Shown here: piece after piece, positions 43,397-58,818 of the stretch | How positions within the stretch are numbered: position 1 is the stretch's first letter | Layout of the letters: each line of letters opens with the position of its first letter | DNA from: Eledone cirrhosa | Taxonomy: Eukaryota | Assembly (NCBI GenBank): GCA_964016885.1 | Contig: OZ024758.1 | Coordinates: forward strand, 806,001 to 870,000 | Reading direction: 5' to 3' | DNA: 64,000 nucleotides | Notes under the pieces: generated by a model | What the model saw: the letters and a program-made list of their open reading frames with translations, nothing else | Told to the model about the DNA's origin: nothing | The model's database searches: none | Made by a program: the position numbers and the translations under genes

Positions 43397-44830
43397 ACAT
43401 ACACAGTCAGAGAACAAGGGGAGAGAATGAAGTGTGAGCTAGTGTCACGGCTGTCGAAGTTCATTTTTCACACCAAATCATGCCTATTTAAACAGGTTAT
43501 ATTTATTTATTTACCTATCTATCCATTCATTCATCTACACAAACACACACATCACTACACACACATACACTCACATACATAACACTACACACTCACATAT
43601 ACACCTATAACGTTTGTACACACCCTGACACATACATATTTCTACCATACTCTTTTCTGTGATGCACACTAACACACATCAATTCAAACACATACACAAA
43701 CACACCCTCAAACACACCCACAAACACACACATGCAAACATATACCATAACACATTTACTCGTAGCAGCCGCCACCAACGCGCACACACACACACACACT
43801 CTCTCTCTCTACGCACACACACACACACCCATACACATACATACATATATCTTTATCACACAGCCAAACACACATGCAAACATACACCAACATATATTTA
43901 CGCACCACCACCCACATACAATCACACGCAGACAATCACACTCACACACATACAGACATATATGTTATCTCACACGCCCCAACACACATGTAAACATACA
44001 CCAACACACACACACCCACACACACCCCAGCATACACACACACACACACCAACACACACCCCAACACACGCACACACACAAACCAACACATCAACACACA
44101 CACACCCCAACATATACACACACACAAACACACACATACACACACACAGCCCCCCACTCTCTCTTTCCTTCATTCATTTACTTTACTTGTTTAAATTTCT
44201 CGAATCACATCTGGTCAAACACTCAGGAAGTGTGACACCATTTCATTATTTCTGCCCACTACCAAGACCACCACCACCACCACCACCACCACCACCACCA
44301 CCACCACCACCACCACTAACACCACCACTACCCCACTACCACTAACACCACCACCACAAACACCACCACTACAAACACTACCACCTCATTCACCACTACC
44401 ACCACCACCACCACCAACACCACCACCATACTCACCACCACCACTACCTCATTCACCACCAACTCCAGGTCTTTGTTATTGTTATATTATTGTATTTCAC
44501 TCACTTTTTTTCTTTATTTTATTGATATTTTCATCACATTTCACAGAACTTTGCTCAACTTTCATTTTCTCCACAAACCTCCATAATTTCTAGATGGACC
44601 AATTGTCTTCAATGACGGTTCACATCCATTTTAAAAACTTTGCTTTTATTTATCTATACATTGATTAAAGTACCTTTAATCCCCATTTTAGCCCCGTATC
44701 GATGAATGCAGAGTTGATATGTTTAATAGGTTCCACTGAACAATTAATAAATTACTTATTCGATTCCACGATCAATACTTTTGGTGAAGTGAGTCTGTAT
44801 TATAGAGAAACATGTGTTTGATAGGTGAAA

Positions 44831-45331
44831 AGGCGGTAAATTGGCAGATATGTTAGAATGTCAGATAGAATGGCAGAGATGTTAGAATGTCAGATAGAAT
44901 GGCAGAGGTGTTAGAACGTCAGATAGAATGGCAGAGATGTTAGAACGTCAGATAGAATGGCAGTCGTTAGAACGTCAGACAGAATGGCAGAGATGTTAGA
45001 ACGTCAGATAGAATGGCAGAGATGTTAGAACGTCAGATAGAATGACAGAGATGTTAGAACGTCAGATAGAATGGCAGTCGTTAGAATGTCTGATAGAATG
45101 GCAGAGATGTTAGAACGTCAGATAGAATGACAGATGTTAGAACGTCAGATAGAATGGCAGTCGTTAGAATGTCAGATAGAATGGCAGAGATGTTAGAACG
45201 TCAGATAGAATGCTTTGTGGTATTCGATCCGGCTCTCCTCTACCTGAGTTCAAATCCCGCTGATGTCAAAATGGCCTTTCATCAATTCGATAATGATAAA
45301 AAAAATGTACCAGTCTAGGACTGGAGTTGAT
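44831..45331 (+). mobile_element. SINE S1 with a tandemly amplified 5' head (about 13 units of 26-29 bp)
   Basis: GGCGG..TTGGCAG head, then (TGGCAGAGATGTTAGAACGTCAGATAGAA)n to about 45210, then the normal S1 body TGCTTTGTGG...CTGAGTTCAAATCCCGC...CCTTTCATC. Confidence 0.85.
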
Positions 45332-46056
45332 TCTTCCTTTATATCTCTTTCTCACTTCTTACCTCACTTTCTATCCTTCTCTGGAAGAAATCCTCTGTAG
45401 TTAAGCCTGAAAATGGATGGGCTCCGCCTGGTTTAAAAATGTCCAAGAAACACCGTATGTCAATACCGTGCCCCTACAAATCCATCAGGACTTACGGCCC
45501 CATAGTTTACCATGTACGTAAAAGATATAAGAAAGGAGAATTAAAACTGTTTTAGGTTTGAAAAATATTGTGTCTGGTATTAGAAAGCGTTGCCTGCTCT
45601 CCTACTTCCAAAAATATCTCGTTTTCGGGAATTTATTGAGGCAAAAGTTTCATCACCATTTTATTCTAGATCTGTGTTTTACGATGTGGATGTTTCCTCT
45701 CTTACGTTAAAACTATGTTCAATTCTACAGAATCTCCATGCATCTTAATGCGAGCAGTGTTGCTGTTAACATATATTTATCAGCACTATAGATTTCATAT
45801 ATAGATTACCTTCTAATGTTGATAAATAAGCATGTGTTTGTTTTAAAAAAGAATCTTGCTTTGTCAGAAAACATGTCTGTAATTTAGTTTTTGTTTATGT
45901 TTTCCTATATGTTAAGTAATTTATTTTCAGAGAAGAAGAAACATAAAAAGATATAAATAAAGAAATAAGTGAAATAATATAAGAGAAAGCAGAACAGATT
46001 TATCATGTAAACAATGAATATGATCTCTGGTTTAAGAATGGTGTTAATGCGATGTT

Positions 46057-46143
<87 letters not shown>

Positions 46144-46240
46144 CAAATATATGTATATATATATGTACATGTGTGTGTGTGTGCCTGTATATATACATGT
46201 ACATATATATATATATATATATATACATATATATATAAAT

Positions 46241-46273
<33 letters not shown>

Positions 46274-46811
46274 CATACATATATATATTTTTATATATAT
46301 GTGTATATATATATATATGTATATATATACATATATACACATATATATAGAGAGAGAGAGATAGAGAGAGAGAGAGATACATAGATAGAGAGACAGAAAG
46401 AGAGATAGAGAGAGAGAGATAGTTAGATAGATAAATACACACACCCACACCCCCACCATACCTCATATATATATTTGTTTTATTACATTTTCTTGTTTCC
46501 TTATCTGTTTACAACATCTAATGTCAGGAAATAGCATTGATATAACACATGTGACAAGAGCATTGATCAATGGTGAGGAGAGATATATGGTAGCATACTG
46601 TATTGCGTCGATATACAAGATCTGTTTTGTTTATGAAGACTTAAGGTATTGTTTTCTCTTGTAAGCCTAGATCCATTTTTACAACTATTATCCTCAATAG
46701 TCAAAAGTGGAGGGAATGTTCCATGGATCTCATGTCAAATATATCATTCATTTCGACTTCGACATTTATTTTGTATAGATAAAGTATCCATATAAACACC
46801 CTTTATTATAT

Positions 46812-47163
46812 AGTGTCGGACGCCATACTTTGCAGAGTAGAGTTACGCCCCTTTTTGGTCTGAGTTCAAATCTCACTGAGGTTAACATTCTGACGGGGTT
46901 GATGAAATAAAGAACCAGTAATGTACTGGGATAATTGCTGGCCTTGTGCCCAAAATAGAAACAAGTATATAGTAACGGTTGATTGGCAGTATTAGTAGAG
47001 CTTCAGACACCATGCCTTCCAGCATAGAGTTATGACCCTTTACATTCTGAGTTCAAATCCCGCCGAGTTTGACTTTGCCGTTCATTCTTACGGGGTCAAT
47101 AAAATAAAGCACCAGTAATGATCTCGAGTAATTGCTGGCCTTGTGCCAAAAGAAGAAACAATT
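46812..47163 (+). mobile_element. Two tandem SINE S1 copies (about 46812-46963 and 46976-47163), with a degraded third to about 47300
   Basis: Two CTGAGTTCAAATC...GCTGGCCTTGTGCC...GAAACAA units. Confidence 0.85.
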
Positions 47164-47845
47164 AAATAGTAACAGTTTCGAGATGAAATGCCACCGACGC
47201 TGAATTTTCCGTTCGTACACGCTGCGAGGATAAAATAATGTACCAGTCATATACTGCTCTTTATATAACGGGTTAATCTTCCCCCGTCGAAATATATGAA
47301 GGTCGGCCGAAAGATTCATTGGCTGGAAAGTTCATATGCTCACCAAGATACTCTCATGGAATTACCAAATGAGGTTTAGTTTTCAACGTAGTCCCTGAAA
47401 AGAAACAATGCAGTTATTAATAAGAAGAGTTGAAATTTCTGTATCAGATATAAAGATATTCAAGCATTTTTTTTAAAAACTTTAATGTCAGGGAGAAGTA
47501 AATAAGTTATGAACCGAGCTTGGATCATTTGAATAGATTTATGGACAATAAGCTGGTGTTGTCAATAATTTTGAGGTCCACATCCTTAAAGTTTAACAAG
47601 TAACTTAGTTTCGCGCAGAGCTAAATGGTGTCCTTATAAATTAAGGTGTCAGGAATACGCGCCCATCTGCGCAATGCATTATAAACATATTCGTACAAAT
47701 CCAAGATTCATGACTGCCGTTAATTATTCAGGAAATTATGTCAGATTTACATTAAAAATGATAAAAAGGTGGGTGTGAAAGCAGTGACTATGCAGCCCTT
47801 TTTAGACTGACATTAAGTTCGAGGGCTATATACCCTTCTTCAAAG

Positions 47846-47985
47846 TACCGTATTTCGCGACGTCCAAGACGCTACTTTTCCCCTAAAATAAGTCTAAAAA
47901 ATCTACCATGCGTCTTGGAGGACGAAGGTTGTTTATTATTTTTTTTTTTATTTTTGGTTGTCAAAATTAGGGTGCGTCCTCGGCA
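47846..47985 (+). mobile_element. pogo/Tc2-like non-autonomous DNA transposon end
   Basis: TA-CCGTATTT terminus with AAGACGC...GCGTCTT...AAAATTAGGGTGCGTC subterminal motifs typical of Tc2-like MITEs; the other end was not found. Confidence 0.55.
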
Positions 47986-48383
47986 CATTGCTTAATAATT
48001 TTACTATAATACTCTCATGCTAACAAATATTTGCCCCTAATACATTCACAAAATAGAGTTATAAGAAAAAGCACAGAGAAGCTCTATGATATGGATAAAA
48101 CCGCGGGTCAAACATATTTTGTACTCATATCAGCTAGTTGAATTGCTTAAAGAGCTATGGCTTGTCTTTTTGTGAGTTGTGTTAATGGTGGGGCGAGTGG
48201 TGAAATGGGAATGTAAGTTATTATCAGATGTCAGTCTTGGCAACATTTTGGCTTTCTAACTACAAAGATATAAGGGCGAATAAATAAAAATAACAACCAT
48301 GAAGATAGAATAACTTTCATACTCTTAACAGTATGTCTGTCAGTTGTGTTTGACAGAGTGTGCAACGTTATTTGTACATATAA

Positions 48384-48450
<67 letters not shown>

Positions 48451-48514
48451 TGTTTTCCTTTGTTTTTATATCTATATAATTATATTTACAGAAACATCTT
48501 CATACACAAACATA

Positions 48515-48583
<69 letters not shown>

Positions 48584-48659
48584 CACACACACACACAAAG
48601 TCTGTCGAAAAATATTTTATTTTCCGTTGAAAGTGAAGAAGTTCGGAAAATAAGAGTGA

Positions 48660-48930
48660 ATAGTGTCTAGCTGCATACATTCTGGCTTATGTGTATTTTT
48701 TGCTGGGCTCTCTGAATACGCCAATCTTTCTCAGGCAACCAGTTTATATGATATGAAATTCATATCACTCATTCACCTGACTTCCTACTCTCTTGCCTTC
48801 GCTCCTTCGGACACCATGCAGACTGCAAGGTAAGAAGGAGTTGGGAGCTATTCCAGAATATGCATTCCAAAAGTGGTTCAAACAATGGAAGGATCACTGG
48901 GATGAGTGGAAACACAGGTGACCTACATTT
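48660..48930 (+). pseudogene. mariner transposase C-terminal remnant
   Basis: HLTSYSLAFAPSD resembles the mariner HPPYSPDLAPSD motif; KELGAIPEYAFQKWFKQWKDHWDEW resembles the mariner C-terminal helix; internally deleted. Confidence 0.7.
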
Positions 48931-48954
48931 TTCCAACCAAATAGCGAATAATTT

Positions 48955-49144
<190 letters not shown>

Positions 49145-50348
49145 TATATATATATACAGATATATATATATAAATATATATATATACAGAGAGAAGCGGG
49201 AGAGAGAGGATGTCAGAAAGAGAAGAGAGGTGGAAAGAGGGTGTGTGAGAGAGAGAAGAGGAGGAGAGAGTGAGTGCATGAGATAGAGAGGGGAAAAGAG
49301 TTGAATAAATATAAAACGCGTACTTTTATACACATGCCCACAAAAAACATTTTAAAATGTTCACGCAACCATATTATTACGCTAAAATAAAATAGATAGG
49401 AGTTGTATATGATATATAGAATAGCTAGACATTTATAAACATATATATATATATATATAACACTAAGGGAGAAAGAGAGACCGATAGAGGGACAGGGTGG
49501 AAGAAATGACAGTAACACATGCGTAGAGTGTGTTATATTGTGTTATATTCGTACCTCTATGTTAGCTCATCCCATTGAACTGTACCGAGGTACCTTCATA
49601 TATATACATATGTGTATTTTCATGGGTGTCGGACCCAGAAATACAAAATAAACAAAGGGATAATAAAACCTGAGACAGAATGTTAAAAAGATCGTGAAGA
49701 TGGTTTTGTCTTTCCTTTCTATATTTTTTTGTCTAGATTCCGCTGTTTGTCTGTAGCCCCTTTTCTCTTCTTCTCACCATATCTGTTACTATTCTTCACT
49801 CGCTGTCTCATCCTTTTATTATCTATTTATCTATTTATCTTTATATCTATCACAATATCTTATATTTACCCACTTTTACTTGCTTTATCTTTCATCGTCA
49901 ACTTTTCTGCACTTATAAATTATCTCACCCATCACACGAGCTCACTTGATTTGCTTCTAAATTTGTGGGGGTTTTAAGATTCTATATTCCTGACTCGGTT
50001 TTTCCTTTCGAGAGTATGGTTTTCTCATTGGACCTTCCTCTCGTTGATGCATAAAATCGATAAATAAAGAGATTATAAAAAATGCAAATACGGTAGAACC
50101 AGGTATGGGTGTGAGAATATAGAAGGTACCTCAGTGATATCTTTAATTCCGATAAATTTTAGAAACGCTTTCCATTCTCAAATGTGTTGTTTAAAAATTC
50201 TTACCGCTGGGTTTTCATATTATCTAAATTCAACCTGTAAATGTTAACACCACGCAAGGGACTCAGTGGAGACTATTTATGTCATGCTGTTGTCGTACTA
50301 GTGGTGTTTATATGTGTATATATATATTTATATATATATATATATATT

Positions 50349-50670
50349 AGAAAGTGAGGTTTTTTTTTTGTTTTTTTTTTACAAAATGAAAAATAACCGA
50401 GGTGTCCTACACGAGTGAAAGTATAAAGAAAAAAAGATGAAATCAAAAAAGCAACTGGAGTCTTATTTAAAAAAAATATATATATATTTATTTGGTTCCT
50501 GGTTTTTCTGTGGTTTTTCTCACAGATGTGAGAAAAACCACAGACCCTCCATCTCAACTCTACTTTTGAAAAGCAGAAGAACTGCGAAACCGGTAAAGGA
50601 ACCAAATAAATATATATATTTTTCTAAAAATAAGACTCCAGTTGCATTTTCGATTTCATCTTTTTTTCTT
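50349..50670. mobile_element. Family A fold-back element (putative Penelope-like terminal repeat) with hammerhead-like motif
   Basis: Inverted arms centred near 50525, (TA)n on both sides, homologous to 60167-60513. Confidence 0.65.
50563..50598 (+). ncRNA. Putative minimal type-I hammerhead ribozyme (U3-A8 core variant)
   Basis: CTT-TTGAAAA-GCAG(AAGAA)CTGC-GAA-AC(CG)GT-A-AAG: helix I CTT/AAG, helix II GCAG/CTGC, palindromic helix III ACCGGT, GUA cleavage triplet. Confidence 0.5.
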
Positions 50671-50685
50671 TATATATATATATAT

Positions 50686-50881
50686 AACGAAGGAAATGTG
50701 TTAAGGAACCAGATGGACCATAACACACCAAAGTACTCAATACTTAGGGTAGTAGAGTGGGTAATATGAACGAGTAGGACCCCGACGGCTGAGCTCAAGC
50801 CGTTTCGACGGCTAATTCTGGACGGTCCAGAATTAGCCGTCGAAACGGCTTGAGCTCAGCCGTCGGGGTCCTACTCGTTCC

Positions 50882-50882
<1 letters not shown>
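50686..50882. mobile_element. Family B palindromic element within (TA)n
   Basis: 56-bp perfect arms at 50768-50823 and 50825-50880; homologous to the copies at 57.7, 61.2 and 63.0 kb. Confidence 0.8.
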
Positions 50883-50958
<76 letters not shown>

Positions 50959-51066
50959 GTGTTTGTGTGTCTATATATATATGTGTGTGTGTGTATATGT
51001 ATATATATATATGTGTGTGCCAGTGTGTGAATATATATGTCTCTCTCTCTCGTGTATATATATATG

Positions 51067-51101
<35 letters not shown>

Positions 51102-51517
51102 GTGTGATTTTCTGTAACCATGTCCTATGTGTAAGCGAGTTAGAAGTGACGATCAAGAAAGGAGGAGATATTTACATGAGTGGGACTTGAATAACTTCTG
51201 TTAAGTCAGTTTATCCTTCTTTCTTACAGAGTACAACCTGGAGAAGGGTGTGTTGCCGGGTGAATGGGGTGAGGACTAAAATAATAAGAAATATGTGAGT
51301 CAACGAACCCAACCCTGACGGTCAGAGAAGTGTAATTCCTCCTTCTATTACACATACAAACATAAACACGTACAAACATAAACACACACAAACTTCCGTA
51401 TACCTTCATAAATCCCTGCCCGCAAATATATTTACTTACGGCCAAATACAAACATTGGAAGAAAAGTTGTCATATATATGTAGATAGATAGATAGATAAA
51501 TAGATAGATAGATAGAT

Positions 51518-51602
<85 letters not shown>

Positions 51603-51672
51603 CATATATATGTATTATATATGTACATATATACATATATATATATATACATATATACATATATATATATAC

Positions 51673-51765
<93 letters not shown>

Positions 51766-51842
51766 CACACACATATATTTACATATATATATACATACAT
51801 ATATATATATACACACACATAAATCTATATACATATATACAC

Positions 51843-51875
<33 letters not shown>

Positions 51876-53124
51876 TATATATATATACATATATATAATA
51901 TATATAAACATTAAAAAAGCAAAAGTAAATGAATAAAAATGATGTATAATCTGTAAAGAATGATGTGGGCTGCGCAGAGGTGCTATAAAATAGCTTATAA
52001 AATCGAGTGAAGAGAAGACGCTTAAAAGACGATAATAGAAGTTGCCACCGGCCGATTATGAAGAATTGAACCCCGTATCTCCCACACAGTCATTATCTCA
52101 GATAAATATCTCATTATTCTATTCACACTAATTGTTAATTCTACTGTCATGTACTCTATTGTCATTTGTTCTTTAACACAATCTGAATAGTATGACAAAA
52201 TATAAAACCAAATTACTACTTATATACCAATACAAAAGAAAATATGGATATGATCTTCCAATCTTTTCATTTCAGTTTTATGTAGAACTACATTATTAAG
52301 AATATCTTCTTTTTTAAGAAGCTAAAACTGAACCGCGGACTATCAATATAAAACGTGAGTAACAATCGGAAAGAAAATAGTGGATGGACATGAAGAAAAA
52401 TCACAGATTTGGTTCGAAGACAAGGACATAATTCTGAGAGCGAAGTATATTCCATTTTGGAAGAAGATCACCCCCCGCCGTCATAAAAAGAAAAGAAAGG
52501 ATCGAGAAACAAGTAATGAACTAGAATACGTAGAAAATGTGGAGACTGAAAGACATAATTTTCTACAGATTCTCTGCCTTCTCTCTGTTAACGAAGAAAT
52601 AATTCATATATAATCATAAGAGAGATTGAAACTCTGACGTCTGATAATTATGTAAGTATTATGAAATATCGATAGAAAAGAACTGATATAAACATTTAAC
52701 AAAGATGACAAAACAGTCGTACGTACTCTGTGATATAACAATCCATAAATAGCTATGTAAATCAAATAGACCAAATACTTCATCGATGATCACCAAGATC
52801 GATCTATCTCAATAGATGATATGCATTTGTAAACGATTTCCAGAAATGATCCAAATATAAATATATAAAAATAGAGACGAGCTGAATATAGGGATGGAAA
52901 AGAGAAGCTTAGAACATTAGAAATATGTAAAATATACATATACAACCCTACTTAATTGGGAACGAATATACAGAAGTACTTTAGAATGTACAGTACTTTC
53001 AGTAAAGAAGAAAACTAAACGATTGAACCCTGAGAGGAGCTCTCTGTAGTGCAGCAAAACTAAACAATATGGATGATGATGATGATGATAAGTGAATATG
53101 GTGATGTTGATAATGATGATGATT

Positions 53125-53174
<50 letters not shown>

Positions 53175-53175
<1 letters not shown>

Positions 53176-53268
53176 GTTTCTAATTTAGGCATAAGGCCAA
53201 CAATTTTAGGGGAGGGGAAAGTCGATGAAATCGACCCAGTTCATTACTGGTACTTTATTTTATCAACC
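53175..53268 (-). mobile_element. SINE S1, 3' half with (TTA)n tail
   Basis: Plus strand reads GTTTCTAATTTAGGCA.AAGGCC...GTCGATGAAATCGACCCAGT...CTGGTACTTTATTTTATC, next to (AAT)n. Confidence 0.8.
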
Positions 53269-53910
53269 ACATGGAAAATAAAGAAGAAGAAGAAGAAGAA
53301 GAAGAAGAAGAAGAAGAAGAAGAAGAAGAAGAAGGTAAAAGATGAGGAGGTCGATGACTAACATGACGACGGGCATTATAAATAAGATGATGATGATGAT
53401 GATGGTGATGTGACGTGACAATAATCTGGTAAAACACAGAAACAACATCAACTGCAACATCAGCAACAACAAACCTAGGCCTCAATTCCTTCTTGTATTT
53501 TTATTCCCCCCCCCCCCAAAAAAAAAAAAAATTGCAAAAAATAAAAAAGGAATAAAACGACACTTCATATTAACTATAGTAATTTTTATTTTATTTTATC
53601 TCTGTTCTTAGATAGATATCTGGTTTTTATTTATTTACGTTATTACGTTCAATAAATTTCACTTCGATAAAGCATACTTGATATATGTAGAGAAGGCGAT
53701 CCCCATTAGAAGTTCTCTGCCGAAGATCAGGAGATCACTAACAGTGATGACCTATATTCTTAGAGTCTTGAAAACATAACTCGCCGACAGATCGATAGAC
53801 ATATCTCATAAACGTACAATGTTACTCCTTGAACTCTATTGCTCTTCCTTCCATTCTCTCTTTATAGATATATATAATACATACATTCATAGACACACGT
53901 ACACAATATA

Positions 53911-54110
53911 NNNNNNNNNNNNNNNNNNNNNNNNNNNNNNNNNNNNNNNNNNNNNNNNNNNNNNNNNNNNNNNNNNNNNNNNNNNNNNNNNNNNNNNNNN
54001 NNNNNNNNNNNNNNNNNNNNNNNNNNNNNNNNNNNNNNNNNNNNNNNNNNNNNNNNNNNNNNNNNNNNNNNNNNNNNNNNNNNNNNNNNNNNNNNNNNNN
54101 NNNNNNNNNN
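53911..54110. other. Assembly gap (200 N)
   Basis: Run of N. Confidence 1.
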
Positions 54111-54145
54111 GACAAATATACCTAGGGTTATTTGTCTGCTTATGT

Positions 54146-54177
<32 letters not shown>

Positions 54178-54184
54178 ACACACA

Positions 54185-54301
<117 letters not shown>

Positions 54302-54374
54302 TATATACACACATAGATATATATATATGTGTGTGTGTGTGTGCATTTATATATATATATATATATCGCTAGCT

Positions 54375-54400
54375 AGTTAGTTAGATAGATAGATAGATAC

Positions 54401-54472
<72 letters not shown>

Positions 54473-54525
54473 CCAGACAGAAAGATAGATAAATAGAGAG
54501 ACAAAGAGATAGATAGATAGATAGA
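54375..54525. repeat. (GATA)n microsatellite
   Basis: Direct observation. Confidence 0.95.
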
Positions 54526-55635
54526 TTTGAAATGTTATACATCAGAAAAGTGGATATTTATTACCTCTCTGAGAGAAAGTTAGTGAGAGTAAAAAGACGT
54601 TGAATAAGAAGCAAGAGAGAGAGAGAAAGAAAAGAGGAGAGACATATTAGAAGATGAGAAGCGAAGAATAAGGATATGATCTAAGGAAAAGATCTTGAAA
54701 AATCAAATGTATTAGATGAGATAGGAAGTAAAAAAAGAAAGAAACTTCCTACTTGTTGATGAAAATAATGGGATTCATTCGCAACCTTAACTTAGTGACG
54801 TTGCTTTAGATATCCATACTCACCTCATGAGCTGTAGCAAATTAAGTGATTAATTGTGAAGAAGATGTGGAAAAAACATGTTGAATAAGAGAGGAATATA
54901 TGAACGAAAATAAAGCAAGTGAATTTTCTTTTCGGTAGCACTGACTAGATTAAGACATCAAAAGGACATCGAAGAGTAGGAAAATATGAAAAAACTACTT
55001 TGTTGTAGATACAAGAGAAACTTCAGGTTGAAAAAGGAACAAAAGTTGATGGATGTCTCTATACTATTTCAAGAATTTATGAATGTATTTAATATAATCA
55101 GTGAGCTTAAACTTTCTTTAAATCCGTCGAGTGTAAGCATATAAGTTCCACCTTATGTGGCCTTTTCTCTATATTCATAGAACTGTTCTATACTATACAG
55201 ATGGTTTCTATTCCAATAATCAAATTTATTATTAAATAAATATATATACTGAACAAAGGGCTTTAGAAATACGAATATATATTCAGTATAGTTATCACAA
55301 TAATTTCAAGTTATATGCCTCGCTGTGATAAATGCTATTGTTATTGACTTCGAATATAGAATATATATGAGATGGTGTAACTATGTTTCACAGCTAACTG
55401 ACCGCTCATCAGAAAACAAATGTTTTTATAGTTTTAGCAATCGCTACTTATGTCGAACACAAACTAGAACTTAATTAAATTTGCATAACGGAAATCCTTT
55501 TGACAAAATAATAAATAATAAATCCATGATTTCTTGTCTCAGTTTACATTTCAGACAATGTCGTGATGCATGGATTAATATCTTCATATTCCAATTAGCC
55601 TCAAAGTCTCTCCACCCTGTATATGTCCTAATCTT

Positions 55636-55719
<84 letters not shown>

Positions 55720-57360
55720 TATCTATCTATCTATCTATCTCTGTATATATATATATATATCGTCGTCCAGGTTTCTTTTTTTTAATTCTCTCATCCATGA
55801 CTAAGCTTCTGCTGACTGTCAAGGCACCGTTTTGCCAAAGGAATATTGTCCACATATATATTATATGCATATATAAATGTATTCACAATCTATGTATTCC
55901 ATATTAAAGCAAATGATCAAGTCGACATACTTTGCATTGTTTTGCAAAATTGATAAACCAGTTTAGTTCTATTCCAATTTGTAGACACTACAAAGCTAAA
56001 ATAAAGAATTTTCATATGGAAATAAGTTCTAATTTTTCTCTAATGTATGTTTACCAATCTGAAGAATTAGTCAGAATGAGTCTTTTTTTCTTCTTCTAAT
56101 CTTGGAATATCAAAACTTATAGCGCAATCATTTTGTTTACTTATAGTGAAGTTAAATTGTACGCAATTTATAAAGCAGACCTTATACATCGTATGTATAT
56201 ATACGATGTATCGACAGGTTGGGTTACAGGCTGACTATGAAGGAGTGATGTTAGAGAGGTGAAATCTTGCATGAATTAAATACAGCTCCTTTTCTTTATA
56301 ACTGTATTGCGTCTTTCCAGGGACTATTTTGAAGAATAACCTGATTTGGTCAATCCATGAGAATATTTTGGTCAGTCTAAGAACTTACGTGTGAGTTTGC
56401 GTAATGCATGTTTATGGATCGACATTTCCTATTATCTATGTAATACTTATCTGTCTCATGAGTCGTGGGCCAGTATTCAGTCTTATAAGGTTTCTGTGAA
56501 AGTAAACCATAACTAAAATGGCCGACCCGACAATTCGGCGAATCGTTCGTTTTAAATAGCCTCTGAGTTAACAGTCTGGTCGTAATTGAATCACTTCAAT
56601 ACTTAAAGTAAACAGGTCCTTTATATACATTCTCCTTTATCAATCTGATTTTCTTTCAGAAGTGAACTTACTAAGCATTAATCTCTTGTAACATCGCTTT
56701 ACTCTCCAGTTCGACATTTCTCCAGGTAGAGCCGAAAAATGTGTTGGTGTTGCTAATGTCTTTTTATCAAAAGACCGACCTTTTTCTGTCTCCAATACGT
56801 TGCTTAAGTAGCTGTTTAACTCTCAAAAGATTCTATCGAACTCATCTTAATAATTCTTTTATTAAATATTTTCTTTTGCTTTTTTTATTGTCACATTATT
56901 CTGATTTATTCCGTTACTTCCCTTTTTTTTAATTATTTTTATATGTTTCCTATATTTTATTTGTCTAACATTGGGCATAAGATAAAAATATATATATATG
57001 AGTGAGTGGGGACTCGACAAGAACTGTGCAATGTACTTGTAAACGTCTCTTTACGACAAGTAGTGTTCTAGATATATTCATGGTATGTATTCGTGAAACT
57101 TTCAAACACTGCAGACGTCTCACAATAAATCCCAACGGCAGCCATGTTGTCATCGTTACAACAAAGATATGTTCAGAAGAATATATTGATCGAAACTGTT
57201 TTCTTTCACACTATAGCACATGTCAGTTGGTTAGTTTAAAGCATTCAAAATCGATTGTTCATTGGTCGACGGACTGGTATCTTTTATTTGCGCTTGTAGG
57301 TCTTTGAACAATTAACTCGAAGCAAGAACAATACAGACAAACACATATATGTTATACGCA

Positions 57361-57399
<39 letters not shown>

Positions 57400-57468
57400 C
57401 TGTGTATACATACACATACACACATATATGTTATACGCATGCATATATATATATATATATCTGTGTAT

Positions 57469-57516
<48 letters not shown>

Positions 57517-57632
57517 GGAGAGAGAGAGAGAAGTAGCATTAAGTGTGATTCAGAGGAGAAGTGAATGTAAATATATTTTCATGTTTAGCAACCATACATA
57601 ATGGTCACTTTATCTTATATGTATCTCTCTCT

Positions 57633-57943
<311 letters not shown>

Positions 57944-58222
57944 CATATCATATATATATATATGTATATGTATATATATCTGTATCTGTTTCTTCACATA
58001 CCCCCTCTTTCTTTCTTTATTTCTCTGTTTCTATATATATATATACATATGGTAGTTGAAGTGGTGGTTGTGGCGATATACCGGAAGCTGAAATATATAT
58101 GTTTAATCATGAGTTACGAAATTTAGTAGATAAATTATATAATATTCATTCAGAGTAATCCAACTTATTTTACTAACGGGATAAAAACTATAAAAAGGAC
58201 ACAGTCCCGCACTTGTCCCTGT

Positions 58223-58404
58223 GGATTGGCAGTGTCAGTAGAGGGTTGGACACCATGCTTTGTAGCATAGTTACGTCCCTTTATGGTCTGAGTTCAAATC
58301 CCGTCGAGGTTAACTTTGCCTTTCATCCTTGCGGGGCCGATAAAATAAAGTACCAGTAATGTACTGGGATAATTGCTGGCCTTGTGCCAAAAAGTAGAAA
58401 CAAT
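58223..58404 (+). mobile_element. SINE S1, near full length
   Basis: All family motifs present. Confidence 0.88.
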
Positions 58405-58818
58405 CATATTATATATAAGGATTATAACATTACTTCTATTTTACGTATTTTCTTTGGGCCCATTCACAAATATGACGCAGTGTGAATATTAAACGGCTTA
58501 CTACATTAAGATATCGGCGATTGCAGAGTTATTAAAATCATGAATCTAATACTTTCATTGCAGTAAAATATAATGTGAGCTGTATTAGTGTTCACGCTCC
58601 CATGCACACAGAGAGAGACACGTATAAAATCACACGTATACACTTACATAAACAACCACACCCACACATATATATGCATATTGCTGTGACTTTCTTTGTA
58701 TGAACGCCCCTCTTGAATAAAAAATGCACAATAATGAGGCTTATAATGTGAACACAATCAATTTAGCTTTAACCTGGTCATAAAATCTGCTCCATTAAAT
58801 CATACCATTATTATAGTT

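Noticed and set aside
52380-52520. Possible RTE/LINE C-terminal relic (W.GH...KYIP.GRR.P)
   Set aside because: Too degraded to support by eye
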